Origin: an uncultured delta proteobacterium
GTDB lineage: Bacteria; Desulfobacterota; Syntrophia; Syntrophales; UBA8958
DNA length: 64,000 nucleotides
Assembly: GCA_903885795.1 (NCBI GenBank)
Contig: CAISJV010000007.1
Span: forward strand, 2,365-66,364
Direction: 5' to 3'
Shown here: positions 46,201-56,862 of the stretch, piece after piece
How the letters are laid out: each line of letters begins with the position of its first letter
Position numbering within the stretch: the first letter of the stretch is position 1
Made by a program: the position numbers and the translations under genes
Notes under the pieces: generated by a model
Databases searched by the model: none
Told to the model about the DNA's origin: nothing
Seen by the model: the letters and a program-made list of their open reading frames with translations, nothing else

Positions 46201-46815
46201 ATGACCTATCGGATCGTCTTATTTATTATTATGCTGACATGCTTATGTTCCTGCTCTTCAAAGCCGGCAACGCAGACGTCCTCTCAGGCGTCGTCAAGCC
46301 AGACCCCGATGGCTTCTCTGGAGCCCGGACCCAGTCCCGTTACCGCAGGCGCCGTTCCAAATCGCGTCTTCGGGCCAAAGGACATCCAGTTCCACTACAC
46401 GGCGGCGGCTAATTTGAACTATTATGAAAACAAGGCCCACACGATTTTACTTGTCATCTATCAGTTAAACGGCCTCAACGCCTATAATCAGCAGATAAAG
46501 ACGGTGGACGGTTTGAGCAAGCTCCTCCAGGCGGAAAAATTTGATAACAGCGTCACCGGTGTTGACCAGGCCTTTATTGAACCGGGAGAGGAAAAGACTC
46601 TCACCCTCGACCGTTATGAAAATACCCAGACCATCGCCGTAGTCGCGGGATATTACAACCTGCAGCCCGGACAGGTCAACCGGACCTTTGATGTTCCCGC
46701 AACCACGGACAAGCGCGGCGTTTATGGTTTCAGGTCCACCGTGTCCTGGATTGAACCAGTCTCCATCAATCTATTCTTGGGACCCAACTCTATTCACGAG
46801 GTTATGGTAAAATGA
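46201..46815 (+). CDS. tssJ: type VI secretion lipoprotein TssJ
   Basis: Lipoprotein signal (LTCLCSC), SciN-like core (ILLVIYQLNGLNAYN), first gene of the T6SS block. ATGA overlap with tssK. Confidence 0.8.
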   Translation: MTYRIVLFIIMLTCLCSCSSKPATQTSSQASSSQTPMASLEPGPSPVTAGAVPNRVFGPKDIQFHYTAAANLNYYENKAHTILLVIYQLNGLNAYNQQIKTVDGLSKLLQAEKFDNSVTGVDQAFIEPGEEKTLTLDRYENTQTIAVVAGYYNLQPGQVNRTFDVPATTDKRGVYGFRSTVSWIEPVSINLFLGPNSIHEVMVK

Positions 46816-48221
46816 CAGATCCGATAAGGCCGATTTTCTGGTATCAGGGACTTTTTCTCCAACCTCAGCATTTCCAGTGGCAAGATCTCCAAAATCAATA
46901 CCGCCTCTACCCGCTTCAGAATTACATGCAGCCTTATTTCTGGGGATTCGGCCGGCTGCGTATCCAGGAAGAATCACTGAAGAATCAGATGTTTGAGATT
47001 CTGGAAGTGCAAACTCTCTTCCGGGACGGGACCTGGATAGTTCTCCCAGGCAACGGCACAGCGCAGCCCCGTTCCTTCAAAGGGGCCTGGGTAGAAATGG
47101 ATAAACCTTTTAATATCTACCTCGGTTTACGGAAATGGAATCCCGGGGGGGGAAACGTGACTGTATTGAAAAATCCTGATGATTTGTCTGCCGTCGCCAC
47201 CCGCTTTGCCTCTCCCGCTGACCCGGAGGAAATAAAAGATCTTCATCAGAGCGGCCCAAGCGCCCAGATCAAATTCCTGAGCCATGCCCTGCGAATTTTC
47301 TGGGAAAATGAAGTCGAAGGCGCCGGAGATTATGAGTTACTACCCGTGGTCCAACTGGAATTTAACGGCAATGAAATTATCCTCTCGCCGACCTATATCC
47401 CCCCCTTGCTCAGTATCGCCTGCTCGGATATCCTTTCGGGATTGATCAAGGGCATCCGGGAGGAAGTGACGCTGCGCTGCAGTGTCCTGGAGGAATATAA
47501 ACATCCCAAACTCAACCAGACCACACAGGCTGTCCAGAGTTCCGATGAATCAAACTATATGGTCTTTCTGCTAGCCCTGCGTGCCTTGATCCGTTATGTA
47601 CCCTTGCTGCACCACCATACAGCGGGAACCCCCCATATCCACCCCTGGACGGTCTATGGCATCCTCCGTTCCCTGGTCGGGGAATTGAGCGCATTTACCG
47701 ACCGAATTGACGCCCTGGGCCGATTGAAAGACGGGACGGAACTCCTGCCCGCCTACCGGCACGATCAGCTCGGTTCCTGTTTCTTCGAAGCAAAAACCCT
47801 CATCGACGAACTCCTCAACGGCATCATGATCGGCGCCGAAAATGTCATTCATCTGATCCGCGAGGGAGACTATTTCCGGGCGCTAATTCCAGTAGAGACC
47901 TTCGACAATCGCAACCTTTTCTATCTCATGCTGAGAAGCAGTGTAAATAAAGACGAATGGGAACAAACCATACAGCATATGGTCAAGATCAGCAGCGCCG
48001 AACGTCTTCCCGTCCTCATCAAGCGGGCCCTGCCGGGAATGCCCCTGGATCAGGTTACCATACTTCCTCCGGGGTTACCGCGCCGTCCCGATTCCACCTA
48101 TTTCAGGCTTGACCGCAATAGTACGGAGTGGTCGGAAATACAGAAACAACAGAACATTTGTCTGTATTGGAGCCATGCGCCGGAAGATACAGTGGCGGAA
48201 ATAATAGTAATCAAAAAGTAA
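46812..48221 (+). CDS. tssK: type VI secretion baseplate protein TssK
   Basis: N-terminal PIFWYQGLFLQPQHFQ signature; 469 aa. Confidence 0.9.
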   Translation: MTDPIRPIFWYQGLFLQPQHFQWQDLQNQYRLYPLQNYMQPYFWGFGRLRIQEESLKNQMFEILEVQTLFRDGTWIVLPGNGTAQPRSFKGAWVEMDKPFNIYLGLRKWNPGGGNVTVLKNPDDLSAVATRFASPADPEEIKDLHQSGPSAQIKFLSHALRIFWENEVEGAGDYELLPVVQLEFNGNEIILSPTYIPPLLSIACSDILSGLIKGIREEVTLRCSVLEEYKHPKLNQTTQAVQSSDESNYMVFLLALRALIRYVPLLHHHTAGTPHIHPWTVYGILRSLVGELSAFTDRIDALGRLKDGTELLPAYRHDQLGSCFFEAKTLIDELLNGIMIGAENVIHLIREGDYFRALIPVETFDNRNLFYLMLRSSVNKDEWEQTIQHMVKISSAERLPVLIKRALPGMPLDQVTILPPGLPRRPDSTYFRLDRNSTEWSEIQKQQNICLYWSHAPEDTVAEIIVIKK

Positions 48222-48276
48222 CGCAGCTACGTAAGTGGAGAATGATGGCTTTTATGGGTAACTGGCAGGTAAAGAG

Positions 48277-48945
48277 ATGCAACTGAGCGACTGCTTCATG
48301 GGACTGATGGCCTATACGACCTATATCTGTCAGGGACGGATGAACAATCCCCCATCTTACGAGGAAACCCGCCGTCGTTTTGACGATCTTATTCAGCAGG
48401 CCAGGCAGTGCTGTCAGGATGCTTGCTTTGATGAAGACGACTGGCAGGGGGCCCTTTTTGCAGTCTGTGCGTGGATTGACGAAACCATCCTCTGTTCAGA
48501 ATGGCCCGAACGAGGCAGATGGCAGGAAGACCAACTACAGAGGCTTCACTTCCAAACCATGAATGCCGGAGAGGAATTTTTTATCCGTTTGGCAGAACTG
48601 GACCCGGAGGCCACGGCTATCAGAGAAGTTTACGCCTACTGCCTTGCCCTGGGCTTCAAGGGGCGGTATTTTCTGCCCGAAGACGACAAGAAACTTGTAG
48701 AAATCCAGAAGGCCAACCTGCTCCTGGTCAAAGACAATCTGGATATGAGCGTTACGGAAAAACTCTTTCCCGATGGATACAGCGGCACAACCGGTGAGGT
48801 CAAACGCAAGCGCTGGCGCCGTGGTCTTTCCTTCTACACTCTTATCATAATGCTGATCTCGTTAATAGGTGTGATTGCCCTGTTTTCCGTTTACAAAGCT
48901 TTGCTTTTAAGCCTAAACCAGTCCTCCTTCGGAACGGGTTTCTGA
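48277..48945 (+). CDS. tssL: type VI secretion membrane protein TssL (DotU family)
   Basis: DotU pattern (AVCAWIDETIL...W....L......GEEFF..L....EVYAYCLALGFKGRY) and one C-terminal TM; no peptidoglycan-binding extension. Confidence 0.9.
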   Translation: MQLSDCFMGLMAYTTYICQGRMNNPPSYEETRRRFDDLIQQARQCCQDACFDEDDWQGALFAVCAWIDETILCSEWPERGRWQEDQLQRLHFQTMNAGEEFFIRLAELDPEATAIREVYAYCLALGFKGRYFLPEDDKKLVEIQKANLLLVKDNLDMSVTEKLFPDGYSGTTGEVKRKRWRRGLSFYTLIIMLISLIGVIALFSVYKALLLSLNQSSFGTGF

Positions 48946-48947
48946 TC

Positions 48948-51900
48948 ATGCTGAAAAAAATTCTCAAAATATCAGCTATTCTCATCCTGCTCCTTATCCT
49001 GGCCGGTTTTCTGTACTGGGTCACCATGAAAAAAGGCTGGCCTTGGTGGGCGGGGGCTTCGATCTTTGCAGGCGTCGTCGGCCTCGTCGTTGCCGCTATT
49101 TTTCTGAAAAGATACCTGTTACGGCGTCGGGAAAGAAAATTCGTGCGCCGGGTCGTGGAATTAGATGAGAGCGCCATCAAGGGGCTCCCCATCCATGAAA
49201 GGCAGCAACTCCAGGAACTTCAGCAGAAGTGGAAGGAATCGGTGGAACTCCTCAGGGATTCCTATCTGCGCAAGAAAGGTAATCCCCTCTACGCACTGCC
49301 CTGGTATCTCGTTATCGGCGAATCGGGGTCGGGAAAGACATCGGCCATCAAAAGCGCCCGGCTAAGCTCACCCCTTACCGACATCGCCAGGACGGCAGGG
49401 ATAACGGCAACCCGTAACTGCGACTGGTGGTTTTTCGAAGAAGCAATCATTCTCGATTCCGCCGGACGTTATACCATTCCCGTCGAAGAGGGACGAGATC
49501 GAGAGGAATGGGAAAGGTTCCTTACCCTGCTTTCCCAGTACCGGCGGAAGGAACCACTTAACGGCACTGTTGTTACGATTGCCGCCGACGCCCTGCTTGC
49601 GGGAGAAAACGATAAGCTGCGACTGGACGGTCAGAGTATCCGCAAACGCATCGACCAGCTTATGAGAGTTACGGGGGCGAAGTTTCCCGTTTACATCCTT
49701 GTAACCAAAATGGACCTGGTTTATGGCTTCATCGAGTTTTTCCATTGTTTTCCTGAAGGAGATTCATCCCAGGCTATGGGATACATGAACCGCAAGTTCA
49801 ACCCTTACTGGCGCGAGGTTCTCGCCCAAACTTGGGCAGATATGACGGTTCGCCTGCGTGAGCTGCGCCTGATGATGACCCACCTGGCAGGCACACCGAG
49901 ACCAGCCGCCCTCGTTTTTCCCGGCGAATTTGAGCGGCTCCGCCCGGGGCTGGAAGTGTTCGTAAGGGCCGTCTTTGAAGAGAATCCCTACCAGGAGACG
50001 CCGCCTTTACGGGGGCTTTATTTTTCCAGCGCCAGACAGGACGGCCAGCCAACTTCCGAACTTTTTGATTGTCTGGGGCAACCGACCCTGGCTTCCGAAA
50101 GCGGGGAAGCCGGAAGAGACCTTTTTCTCAAAGACCTCTTCCGGAGCATTCTGCCAGGTGACCGCGCCCTCTTCAGCCCCATTCTCGAATTCATCCGCTG
50201 GCGTCGTCTGACCGGTAATACCGGCCTTTTGGCCTGGCTCTTGATCTGTCTTTCCCTATGCGGATTTTTGACCATGTCTTTCATCCATAATCGTATGACG
50301 ATCAATAAGTTCCGAATGGATTTCAAACAGCAGCAGGCCGTTCTCAGCCAGGATGCGTCCGCGGACTTGATCATGATCGAAAGGATGAGACTCCAGATTC
50401 TCGATCTGGAAAAGGCCAACGGCTACTGGCTCATCCCCCGTCTCGGTCTCGACGAAAGCCTTGGTGTAGAAAAGACTATGAAGGCAAAGTATGCCCAGCT
50501 CTTTAAGCAGGGCATCATGGACAACTTCGACAGAAACCTCATGAAACGACTTGATGACGTTACCAGGGACACCCCGGAGGATGATCTGGCCGATTATTTC
50601 AGTTTTGTCGTCGCCCGGGTTAACGTCCTGCGGGAATACCTTAAGGACGGCAAGATCAAACATAGCGATGATTTCCGGAAAAGCGCCGCCGACCTTATTG
50701 TCATGATTTATCCCAAGACGGCGCCGGACATCGCCGCCATTTTCAGTGACAATTACTTTGCCTATCTGAAATGGGGCAAGGATAAGAGGACGGCGGAAAC
50801 AAATCTGGAGATTTACCAGACCGCCCTCAAGTCGCTGCAGAAAGAGGTTCCCGACATGAAATGGTTGGTCAGAAAGTGGATCCCCGGAGCCTCGCCCGTG
50901 CAATTGAAGGATTTCTGGGGAGAACCGGAGAGCACCGGCTTTGACACCGATGTTGTAGTCTCCGGGGCCTACACCAGCCAGGGGCGTAAAAATATAGAAG
51001 CCTTTATCGGAATCATTGAATCGGCTACTACAGATAAAGCCGACTTTGCAAAAAGAAAAGCCGATTTCTGGAACTGGTATCCGCAACAGTTTAACAACGC
51101 TTGGACCTTTTTCGTCCGCCATTTTCCGGAAGGGGAAGATGGGCTCCAGACGATGGCCAGCCAGCGGACCATGGCCACCCTCATGACCACCGACCATAGC
51201 CCTTATTTCCGTCTCATTCAGAGGATTGCTGAGGAGTCAGCCTGGATCGGCGCCGATCAGCTCACCCCCTGGCTGGCCATCGTCGTCGAGCTGAATGAAA
51301 TTCAGAAATTAGCCAAAAGTGAAGTCCAGAAAACATCGGGATCCCTTCTCGATAAGATTTCCGGAAAAAAGGAACAACTATCACAAGAGCTGCGTTCAGA
51401 TGTAGACGGGAAAAAACTTGACACCATGAAAAAGCGCCAGGATGCGCTAAAGGTCTGGCAGGATTACTTAACCTCCCTTGACAAAATCGGGCCAGCCGCC
51501 ACGTCCCAGGAAGTAGGATATCGCATGGCCTCTGATTTTTTCACCCTTCCTGCTGACGCCAAGGAGAGCAATGCGGCGATCTACCTGGCATACGGTAACT
51601 ATTTGAAGCTTACGGGCACTTTGTCCATAAAGGGCGATACGACCGAGGCATGGAACATGCTGATTGGCCCCATCGGCTATCTAATTGACTACTGTATTCG
51701 CCAGACCTCCTGTTATCTGAAACAACAATGGGAAAACCAGGTTATCGGCGGCATTCAGGGAGCGCCAAAAGACAAGCTTCCCGTACTCCTGTTTGACAAG
51801 ACCAATGGACTGGTTTGGAAATATATCGGGGGTCCGGCAAACCCCTTTATCACCAAATCTACGTCGGGCTATATTTCCCGGAAGGCTTCCATCAAAACGG

Positions 51901-52424
51901 GGGTTGAGAAATCCGTTCCTTTTAATCAGGATTTCCTTGCCTTCCTCAGCGCCGGGGCGGAAGGAGTGGTTATCGCTCAGCCGGAGTATCTCGTCCAGAT
52001 GGAAACCCTGCCCATTGAAGTCAATGACGACGCTGGCGTTGATCCCTATGCCAATGTCCTGACCATCCAGTGCACGGATGCGCAACTGGTTCTGAAGAAT
52101 TTCAATTACCCTCAAAAGGCGACCATACGCTGGACGCCGGACAAATGCACTGACACTACCTTGCAGATTTTATTCCCCGGCATGACTTTGACAAAAGCCT
52201 ACACCGGCCATATGGGTTTTGCCCAGTTTCTGTCGGACTTCAAGAGTGGATACAAAACCTTCAGCACCGATGATTTCCCAGAGCTGAAAATGCGCCTGAC
52301 CAGCCTTGGAGTTACTTCAATCAAAGTTTCCTACAGGATCAGCGGCGCTAAACCAGTCATTCAGCTTTTGAAAAAAATCCCTTCCGCTGTCCCCCTGGAT
52401 ATTGTGAAATGTGAGGCAAACTGA
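48948..52424 (+). CDS. tssM: type VI secretion membrane protein TssM (IcmF family)
   Basis: 1158 aa, N-terminal TM hairpin, YALPWYLVIGESGSGKTSAI Walker A, third TM, large periplasmic domain. Confidence 0.95.
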   Translation: MLKKILKISAILILLLILAGFLYWVTMKKGWPWWAGASIFAGVVGLVVAAIFLKRYLLRRRERKFVRRVVELDESAIKGLPIHERQQLQELQQKWKESVELLRDSYLRKKGNPLYALPWYLVIGESGSGKTSAIKSARLSSPLTDIARTAGITATRNCDWWFFEEAIILDSAGRYTIPVEEGRDREEWERFLTLLSQYRRKEPLNGTVVTIAADALLAGENDKLRLDGQSIRKRIDQLMRVTGAKFPVYILVTKMDLVYGFIEFFHCFPEGDSSQAMGYMNRKFNPYWREVLAQTWADMTVRLRELRLMMTHLAGTPRPAALVFPGEFERLRPGLEVFVRAVFEENPYQETPPLRGLYFSSARQDGQPTSELFDCLGQPTLASESGEAGRDLFLKDLFRSILPGDRALFSPILEFIRWRRLTGNTGLLAWLLICLSLCGFLTMSFIHNRMTINKFRMDFKQQQAVLSQDASADLIMIERMRLQILDLEKANGYWLIPRLGLDESLGVEKTMKAKYAQLFKQGIMDNFDRNLMKRLDDVTRDTPEDDLADYFSFVVARVNVLREYLKDGKIKHSDDFRKSAADLIVMIYPKTAPDIAAIFSDNYFAYLKWGKDKRTAETNLEIYQTALKSLQKEVPDMKWLVRKWIPGASPVQLKDFWGEPESTGFDTDVVVSGAYTSQGRKNIEAFIGIIESATTDKADFAKRKADFWNWYPQQFNNAWTFFVRHFPEGEDGLQTMASQRTMATLMTTDHSPYFRLIQRIAEESAWIGADQLTPWLAIVVELNEIQKLAKSEVQKTSGSLLDKISGKKEQLSQELRSDVDGKKLDTMKKRQDALKVWQDYLTSLDKIGPAATSQEVGYRMASDFFTLPADAKESNAAIYLAYGNYLKLTGTLSIKGDTTEAWNMLIGPIGYLIDYCIRQTSCYLKQQWENQVIGGIQGAPKDKLPVLLFDKTNGLVWKYIGGPANPFITKSTSGYISRKASIKTGVEKSVPFNQDFLAFLSAGAEGVVIAQPEYLVQMETLPIEVNDDAGVDPYANVLTIQCTDAQLVLKNFNYPQKATIRWTPDKCTDTTLQILFPGMTLTKAYTGHMGFAQFLSDFKSGYKTFSTDDFPELKMRLTSLGVTSIKVSYRISGAKPVIQLLKKIPSAVPLDIVKCEAN

Positions 52425-52426
52425 AA

Positions 52427-53983
52427 ATGGCAAGACGCGATCTTGGTAAAACACCGATTTCAGAAGGCAGTCCGACAGGGCAGGATGTACGAAATGATCC
52501 GGACTTTGAAGCCCTGTCGAGGGAAATCGGAAAGATGTCCTCGCCAACCCTCTCCGGGACGATGGATTGGTACCGTGTCCTGCAACTGACCGAGGACATC
52601 CTGACGAATAAATCCAAGGATCTCCTCGTTCTGTCCTACTTCTCCGTCGCCCTGCTGAAAACGGCGGGACTTCAGGGCTTTGCCGAAAGCGTGCACATTC
52701 TGAGGGAATGCATGGAAGCCTTTTGGGATGACATGTTTCCCCCCAAGAAACGGATGCGGGGAAGAAATAACGCTGTCGAATGGTGGCAGGAAAAAGTCAG
52801 CGCCGCATCGAGAGAACTGACGACGCAGAAATGGCCGAAACAGGAGCGCGACAGTTTTCTGGAGGACATGAACGCGATCGATGCCTTTTTTGCCGAAAAC
52901 ATGGAAGGGGCACCACTGTTGTTACCGATGATCAACGCGATCAACGCACTGGTGGAAACAATAGATGAAGCTCCTGCATCGGAAGCGATGTTATCGTCGC
53001 CGGCGACCGGGCTTTCCAAGGAAACCAGCGCTCCAGCTCAGACGCCGCTTGCCCAGTCGGCAAGACCCATCGCCGTCGATCCGGCCGAGACGGACGCAGA
53101 CAAGCTTCTAAATCAGGGTCTTGAAATCCTCGGCAGAGCGGCGGCGCTCTTCACCCAACAAGACCCTCTTAATTTTCTATCCTTCCGGTTAAACCGTATT
53201 GCCGCCTGGACGTCAGTAACAGCCCTGCCTCCGGCAACCGCGGGGAAAACCCTCATTCCGGCGCCGGATGGGCAGATCATCAGCGCCTTGGAGAATCTTT
53301 ACCAGTCCCACAGTTGGCAGGATCTCCTGGAAGCGGCCGAATCGAGGGTGCGCCAGTTTCTGTTTTGGCTTGATCTGAGCCGGTACGTAACCGAATCCCT
53401 TGAGCAATTGGGACATCAGGATGGCAGCGCCGCAGTTTCGGCAGAAACCTGTCAGTATGTCAAACGGTTGACGGGCATAGAAAGGCTGGCCTTCGACAAC
53501 GGAACGCCATTTGCCAATGAAGAAACACGGATCTGGATCAACACCATCAACAGACGGATACCCTCCGGGGGAGGCGCCGCTGGGGGCGACGAGAAGGATA
53601 TTCGCCAGGTTGTTGAAAAACAGGTTCTAGAAGCCGAAAAAGCAAGTCGAGACAACAAACTGCCCGCCGCGCTGGGGGCCTTCACGGACAAACTCAACCA
53701 TGCTCATTCGGCAAGAGAGCGTTTCATCTGGCAGTTCGGGCTTTGCCGTCTCCTCCTGCAGGTCAAGCAACCCCGCCTTGCAGCGCCGCATTTAAAGGAA
53801 CTGCTCCAAACCATGGAAATGTACCGACTGGAGCAGTGGGAACCCGATATGGCAGTGGAAGTTCTGTCCACAGTGCTGACAGGGATGCGCTTGCAGGCGG
53901 GACAGAGCGACGAGTCCCTTCAGGAAACCGTATTGAACCGGATTACGACCATTGATCCGGTAAGAGCCATGGAATTTGTTTGA
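52427..53983 (+). CDS. tssA: type VI secretion protein TssA (ImpA N-terminal domain)
   Basis: N-terminal PISEGSPTGQDVRNDPDFEAL ImpA_N signature; 518 aa. Confidence 0.85.
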   Translation: MARRDLGKTPISEGSPTGQDVRNDPDFEALSREIGKMSSPTLSGTMDWYRVLQLTEDILTNKSKDLLVLSYFSVALLKTAGLQGFAESVHILRECMEAFWDDMFPPKKRMRGRNNAVEWWQEKVSAASRELTTQKWPKQERDSFLEDMNAIDAFFAENMEGAPLLLPMINAINALVETIDEAPASEAMLSSPATGLSKETSAPAQTPLAQSARPIAVDPAETDADKLLNQGLEILGRAAALFTQQDPLNFLSFRLNRIAAWTSVTALPPATAGKTLIPAPDGQIISALENLYQSHSWQDLLEAAESRVRQFLFWLDLSRYVTESLEQLGHQDGSAAVSAETCQYVKRLTGIERLAFDNGTPFANEETRIWINTINRRIPSGGGAAGGDEKDIRQVVEKQVLEAEKASRDNKLPAALGAFTDKLNHAHSARERFIWQFGLCRLLLQVKQPRLAAPHLKELLQTMEMYRLEQWEPDMAVEVLSTVLTGMRLQAGQSDESLQETVLNRITTIDPVRAMEFV

Positions 53984-54208
53984 AGATTCGCAAGGGGGTG
54001 AGGAAAGAGGGGTTGAGGAAGATTGCCCGTAAGATGGGAGGCGACGGGCGGTATCAATGTTGATATTAATTGTAATTTTAAGTATGTAGTAGGTAGTGTT
54101 TTTTTCTCCTTGCTCTCAGGGAGAAAAAGATGAGATCTACGGGACAAAAGATGATAAGGCTGAGAACGATAAAACGATAACTTTAACAAAGTCATGGAGG
54201 TAAGAAAA

Positions 54209-54694
54209 ATGGCAAAGGAAGCTTCTGTTGCTCCAAAAGAACGGGTCAATATCGTCTACAGGCCCGCCACCGGCGACGCAAAAGAGGAGATCGAACTGCC
54301 CTTGAAGTTCCTTGTTATGGGAGACTTCACCGGCGCCAAGGATGAGCGGACCGTGGAAGACCGGAAACCGGTCAGTATCGACAAGGATAATTTCGATGAA
54401 GTCCTGTCGGGTTCAAATGTCAAGATGGAGGCGGTAGTGCCCAATAAGCTATCTGCGGATGCGGATGCCCAAATGACTGTTAACCTCGATTTCAAGGGGA
54501 TGAAAGATTTCGACCCCGATACGATTATCCAGAAGGTGCCGGAACTCAAACAGCTCATCGAGTTGCGCGAGGCCCTCAAGGCCCTCAAGGGACCCCTCGG
54601 CAATGTTCCGGCATTCAGAAAGAAGATTCAGGACATGATCAAAGATGAAGGAACCAGGGATCGGCTGCTGAAAGAACTTAATATCGAAACGTAA
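54209..54694 (+). CDS. tssB: type VI secretion sheath small subunit TssB
   Basis: ERVNIVYRP..GDAKEEIELPLKFLVMGDFTG signature. ATG at 54209 with a GGAGGT SD. Confidence 0.95.
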   Translation: MAKEASVAPKERVNIVYRPATGDAKEEIELPLKFLVMGDFTGAKDERTVEDRKPVSIDKDNFDEVLSGSNVKMEAVVPNKLSADADAQMTVNLDFKGMKDFDPDTIIQKVPELKQLIELREALKALKGPLGNVPAFRKKIQDMIKDEGTRDRLLKELNIET

Positions 54695-54712
54695 GAACAG
54701 GAGGGCATAAAC

Positions 54713-56200
54713 ATGGCGGGAGAAGAAAAAAAAGTGCAGGAGGCATCGGCTCAGGCGGCCGAGACGGGGGGATCACTCCTCGATGAAATCGTGCAGGCGA
54801 CGCGCCTGAAGCCATCGGACGAAGGTTATGCGGCCACAAAACAGGGCCTCCAGGCGTTCATCGACGAACTCCTCAAACCGGGTAAAACGGTGGAACGGGT
54901 CACCCAGGGACTGGTCGATGAAATGATTGCCAACCTGGATCAGAGATTAAGCACACAGATGGATGTCATCCTCCATAATGAACAGTTCCAGAAGCTGGAA
55001 TCCGCCTGGCGATCCCTCAAATTCCTCGTGGACAAGACGGATTTCCGGGAAAATATCAAAATGGAAATAATGAATGTAAGCAAACAGGACCTCCTCGACG
55101 ACTTTGAAGACGCCCCGGAGGTTACCAAATCAGGTCTGTACAAGCTCGCCTATACAAGTGAATATGGCCAATTCGGCGGTAAGCCCTACGGAATGATGGT
55201 CAGCAATTACGAATTCGGTCCTGGGGCACAGGACATCCGCCTCCTTCAGCACGTCTCTGCAGTGGCGACCATGGCCCATGCCCCGTTTGTAGCCGCAGCG
55301 GGCCCGGAATTTTTCGGCTTGACGGACTTTTCCGGCCTTCCCAACCTCAAGGATCTCAAATCCATTTTTGAAATGCCCCAGTACATCAAGTGGCAGTCCT
55401 TCCGGGAAAGTGAAGACTCGCGGAATGTGGCCCTTACACTGCCCCATTTCCTGCTCCGTGTCCCCTACGGTCCCGATACGAAGCCGGTTAAGAACTTCAA
55501 CTTCAAGGAGAATGTCTCCGGAGGCAACAACGACTTTCTCTGGGGAAATGCCTCCTTTGCCTTTGCATCAAGGATCAGCGACAGCTTTGCCCAATATCGC
55601 TGGTGTGCCAATATCATCGGCCCCCAGGGGGGAGGGGCAGTCGAAGACCTACCAATATACCAGTACGAGGCCATGGGAGAGCTTCAGACAAAAATCCCCA
55701 CGGAAATCCTCGTATCGGAACGTCGGGAATACGAATTGGCAGAAGAGGGTTTCATCGCCCTGACGATGAGGAAGGGAAGCGACAACGCAGCCTTCTTCTC
55801 GGCAAACTCCGTCCAGAAGGCCAAGGTCTTTCCCAATACACCGGAAGGCAAGCAGGCAGAGACTAATTACAAGCTTGGAACCCAACTGCCTTATACTTTT
55901 GTAATTGGCCGCCTCGCTCATTATCTGAAGGTTATTCAGCGGGAAAACATCGGGACCTGGAAGGAAAGGGGCGATCTGGAGACGGAACTGAATAACTGGA
56001 TTCGTCAATACGTCGCTGATCAGGATAGCGTCTCTCCGGGCGTCCGGAGCCGCCGCCCTTTGAGAAAGGCCCAGGTAACCGTTTCGGATGTGGAAGGCGA
56101 TCCCGGTTGGTACCGTGTAAACCTAACGGTTCAGCCTCATTTTAAGTATATGGGAGCGTCGTTTACGTTGTCCTTGTCGGGTAAACTGGATAAGAAATAA
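54713..56200 (+). CDS. tssC: type VI secretion sheath large subunit TssC
   Basis: 495 aa; ESAWRSLKFLV and the conserved C-terminal sheath domain. Confidence 0.95.
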   Translation: MAGEEKKVQEASAQAAETGGSLLDEIVQATRLKPSDEGYAATKQGLQAFIDELLKPGKTVERVTQGLVDEMIANLDQRLSTQMDVILHNEQFQKLESAWRSLKFLVDKTDFRENIKMEIMNVSKQDLLDDFEDAPEVTKSGLYKLAYTSEYGQFGGKPYGMMVSNYEFGPGAQDIRLLQHVSAVATMAHAPFVAAAGPEFFGLTDFSGLPNLKDLKSIFEMPQYIKWQSFRESEDSRNVALTLPHFLLRVPYGPDTKPVKNFNFKENVSGGNNDFLWGNASFAFASRISDSFAQYRWCANIIGPQGGGAVEDLPIYQYEAMGELQTKIPTEILVSERREYELAEEGFIALTMRKGSDNAAFFSANSVQKAKVFPNTPEGKQAETNYKLGTQLPYTFVIGRLAHYLKVIQRENIGTWKERGDLETELNNWIRQYVADQDSVSPGVRSRRPLRKAQVTVSDVEGDPGWYRVNLTVQPHFKYMGASFTLSLSGKLDKK

Positions 56201-56236
56201 CGTTTTACACAATAACGAAAGAAGGAGGAAATGACC

Positions 56237-56722
56237 ATGGCAATGACGATTTACATGAAAGTAACGGGCAAGAATCAGGGCGAAATTAAGGGTGACTGCA
56301 CCCAGCAGGGCCGGGAAGGCCTGATTATCTGCTATCAGATGGATCATGCAGTGGAAATCCCCAAGGACACCCATACGGGTCTGCCCACGGGCCAGCGCAT
56401 CCATCTGCCCCTGAAGGTCATCACCAATATGGGCAAGCATACCCCCGGGCTCTTCCAGGCCTGCTGCTCCGGTGAACATGCTGATGTGGAGATCACCTTC
56501 TTCCGGATCAGCGAAAAAGGGCAGGAGGAAAAATACTTCACAATTAAACTGAAGGAAGCGATCATTGTTAACTCCCGGGAATTCTTCCCCTACACCTTCC
56601 TGGAAGAGAATAAGCCCTTCAAGCACATGCAGGAAATTGCCTTCACCTATGAGGATATCATCTGGACGTACACGCCGGACGGCATCGAGGCGGAAGACAA
56701 CTGGAAAGCGCCGAAAGCTTAA
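56237..56722 (+). CDS. hcp: type VI secretion tube protein Hcp
   Basis: MAMTIYMKVTGKNQGEIKG... Hcp N-terminus, about 160 aa. AAGGAGG SD favours the ATG at 56237 over 56231. Confidence 0.9.
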   Translation: MAMTIYMKVTGKNQGEIKGDCTQQGREGLIICYQMDHAVEIPKDTHTGLPTGQRIHLPLKVITNMGKHTPGLFQACCSGEHADVEITFFRISEKGQEEKYFTIKLKEAIIVNSREFFPYTFLEENKPFKHMQEIAFTYEDIIWTYTPDGIEAEDNWKAPKA

Positions 56723-56734
56723 CAAGCAACCATC

Positions 56735-56778
56735 CCCGGTTTCAGGTCTTGAATACTTCTTCAAGATCTGAAACCGGG
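56735..56778 (+). promoter_or_regulatory. long stem-loop immediately downstream of hcp
   Basis: CCCGGTTTCAGGTCTTGAA / TTCAAGATCTGAAACCGGG: 19-bp stem with one mismatch, 6-nt loop, no U-tract. Confidence 0.55.
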
Positions 56779-56862
56779 TAGTCAACCAACGAACGCAGAG
56801 TTTGGAGCCGGGATCAGCAAAACCCCGGTTTCTATCTCTCGGCTCTTAATCGGCCACATTCT

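Noticed and set aside
50256-51197. 313-aa minus-strand ORF inside tssM (similar cases: 60398-61231, 60882-61253 and 61299-62189 inside clpV)
   Set aside because: Antisense to strongly supported T6SS genes, with no motifs and no SD. These are open frames caused by codon bias.
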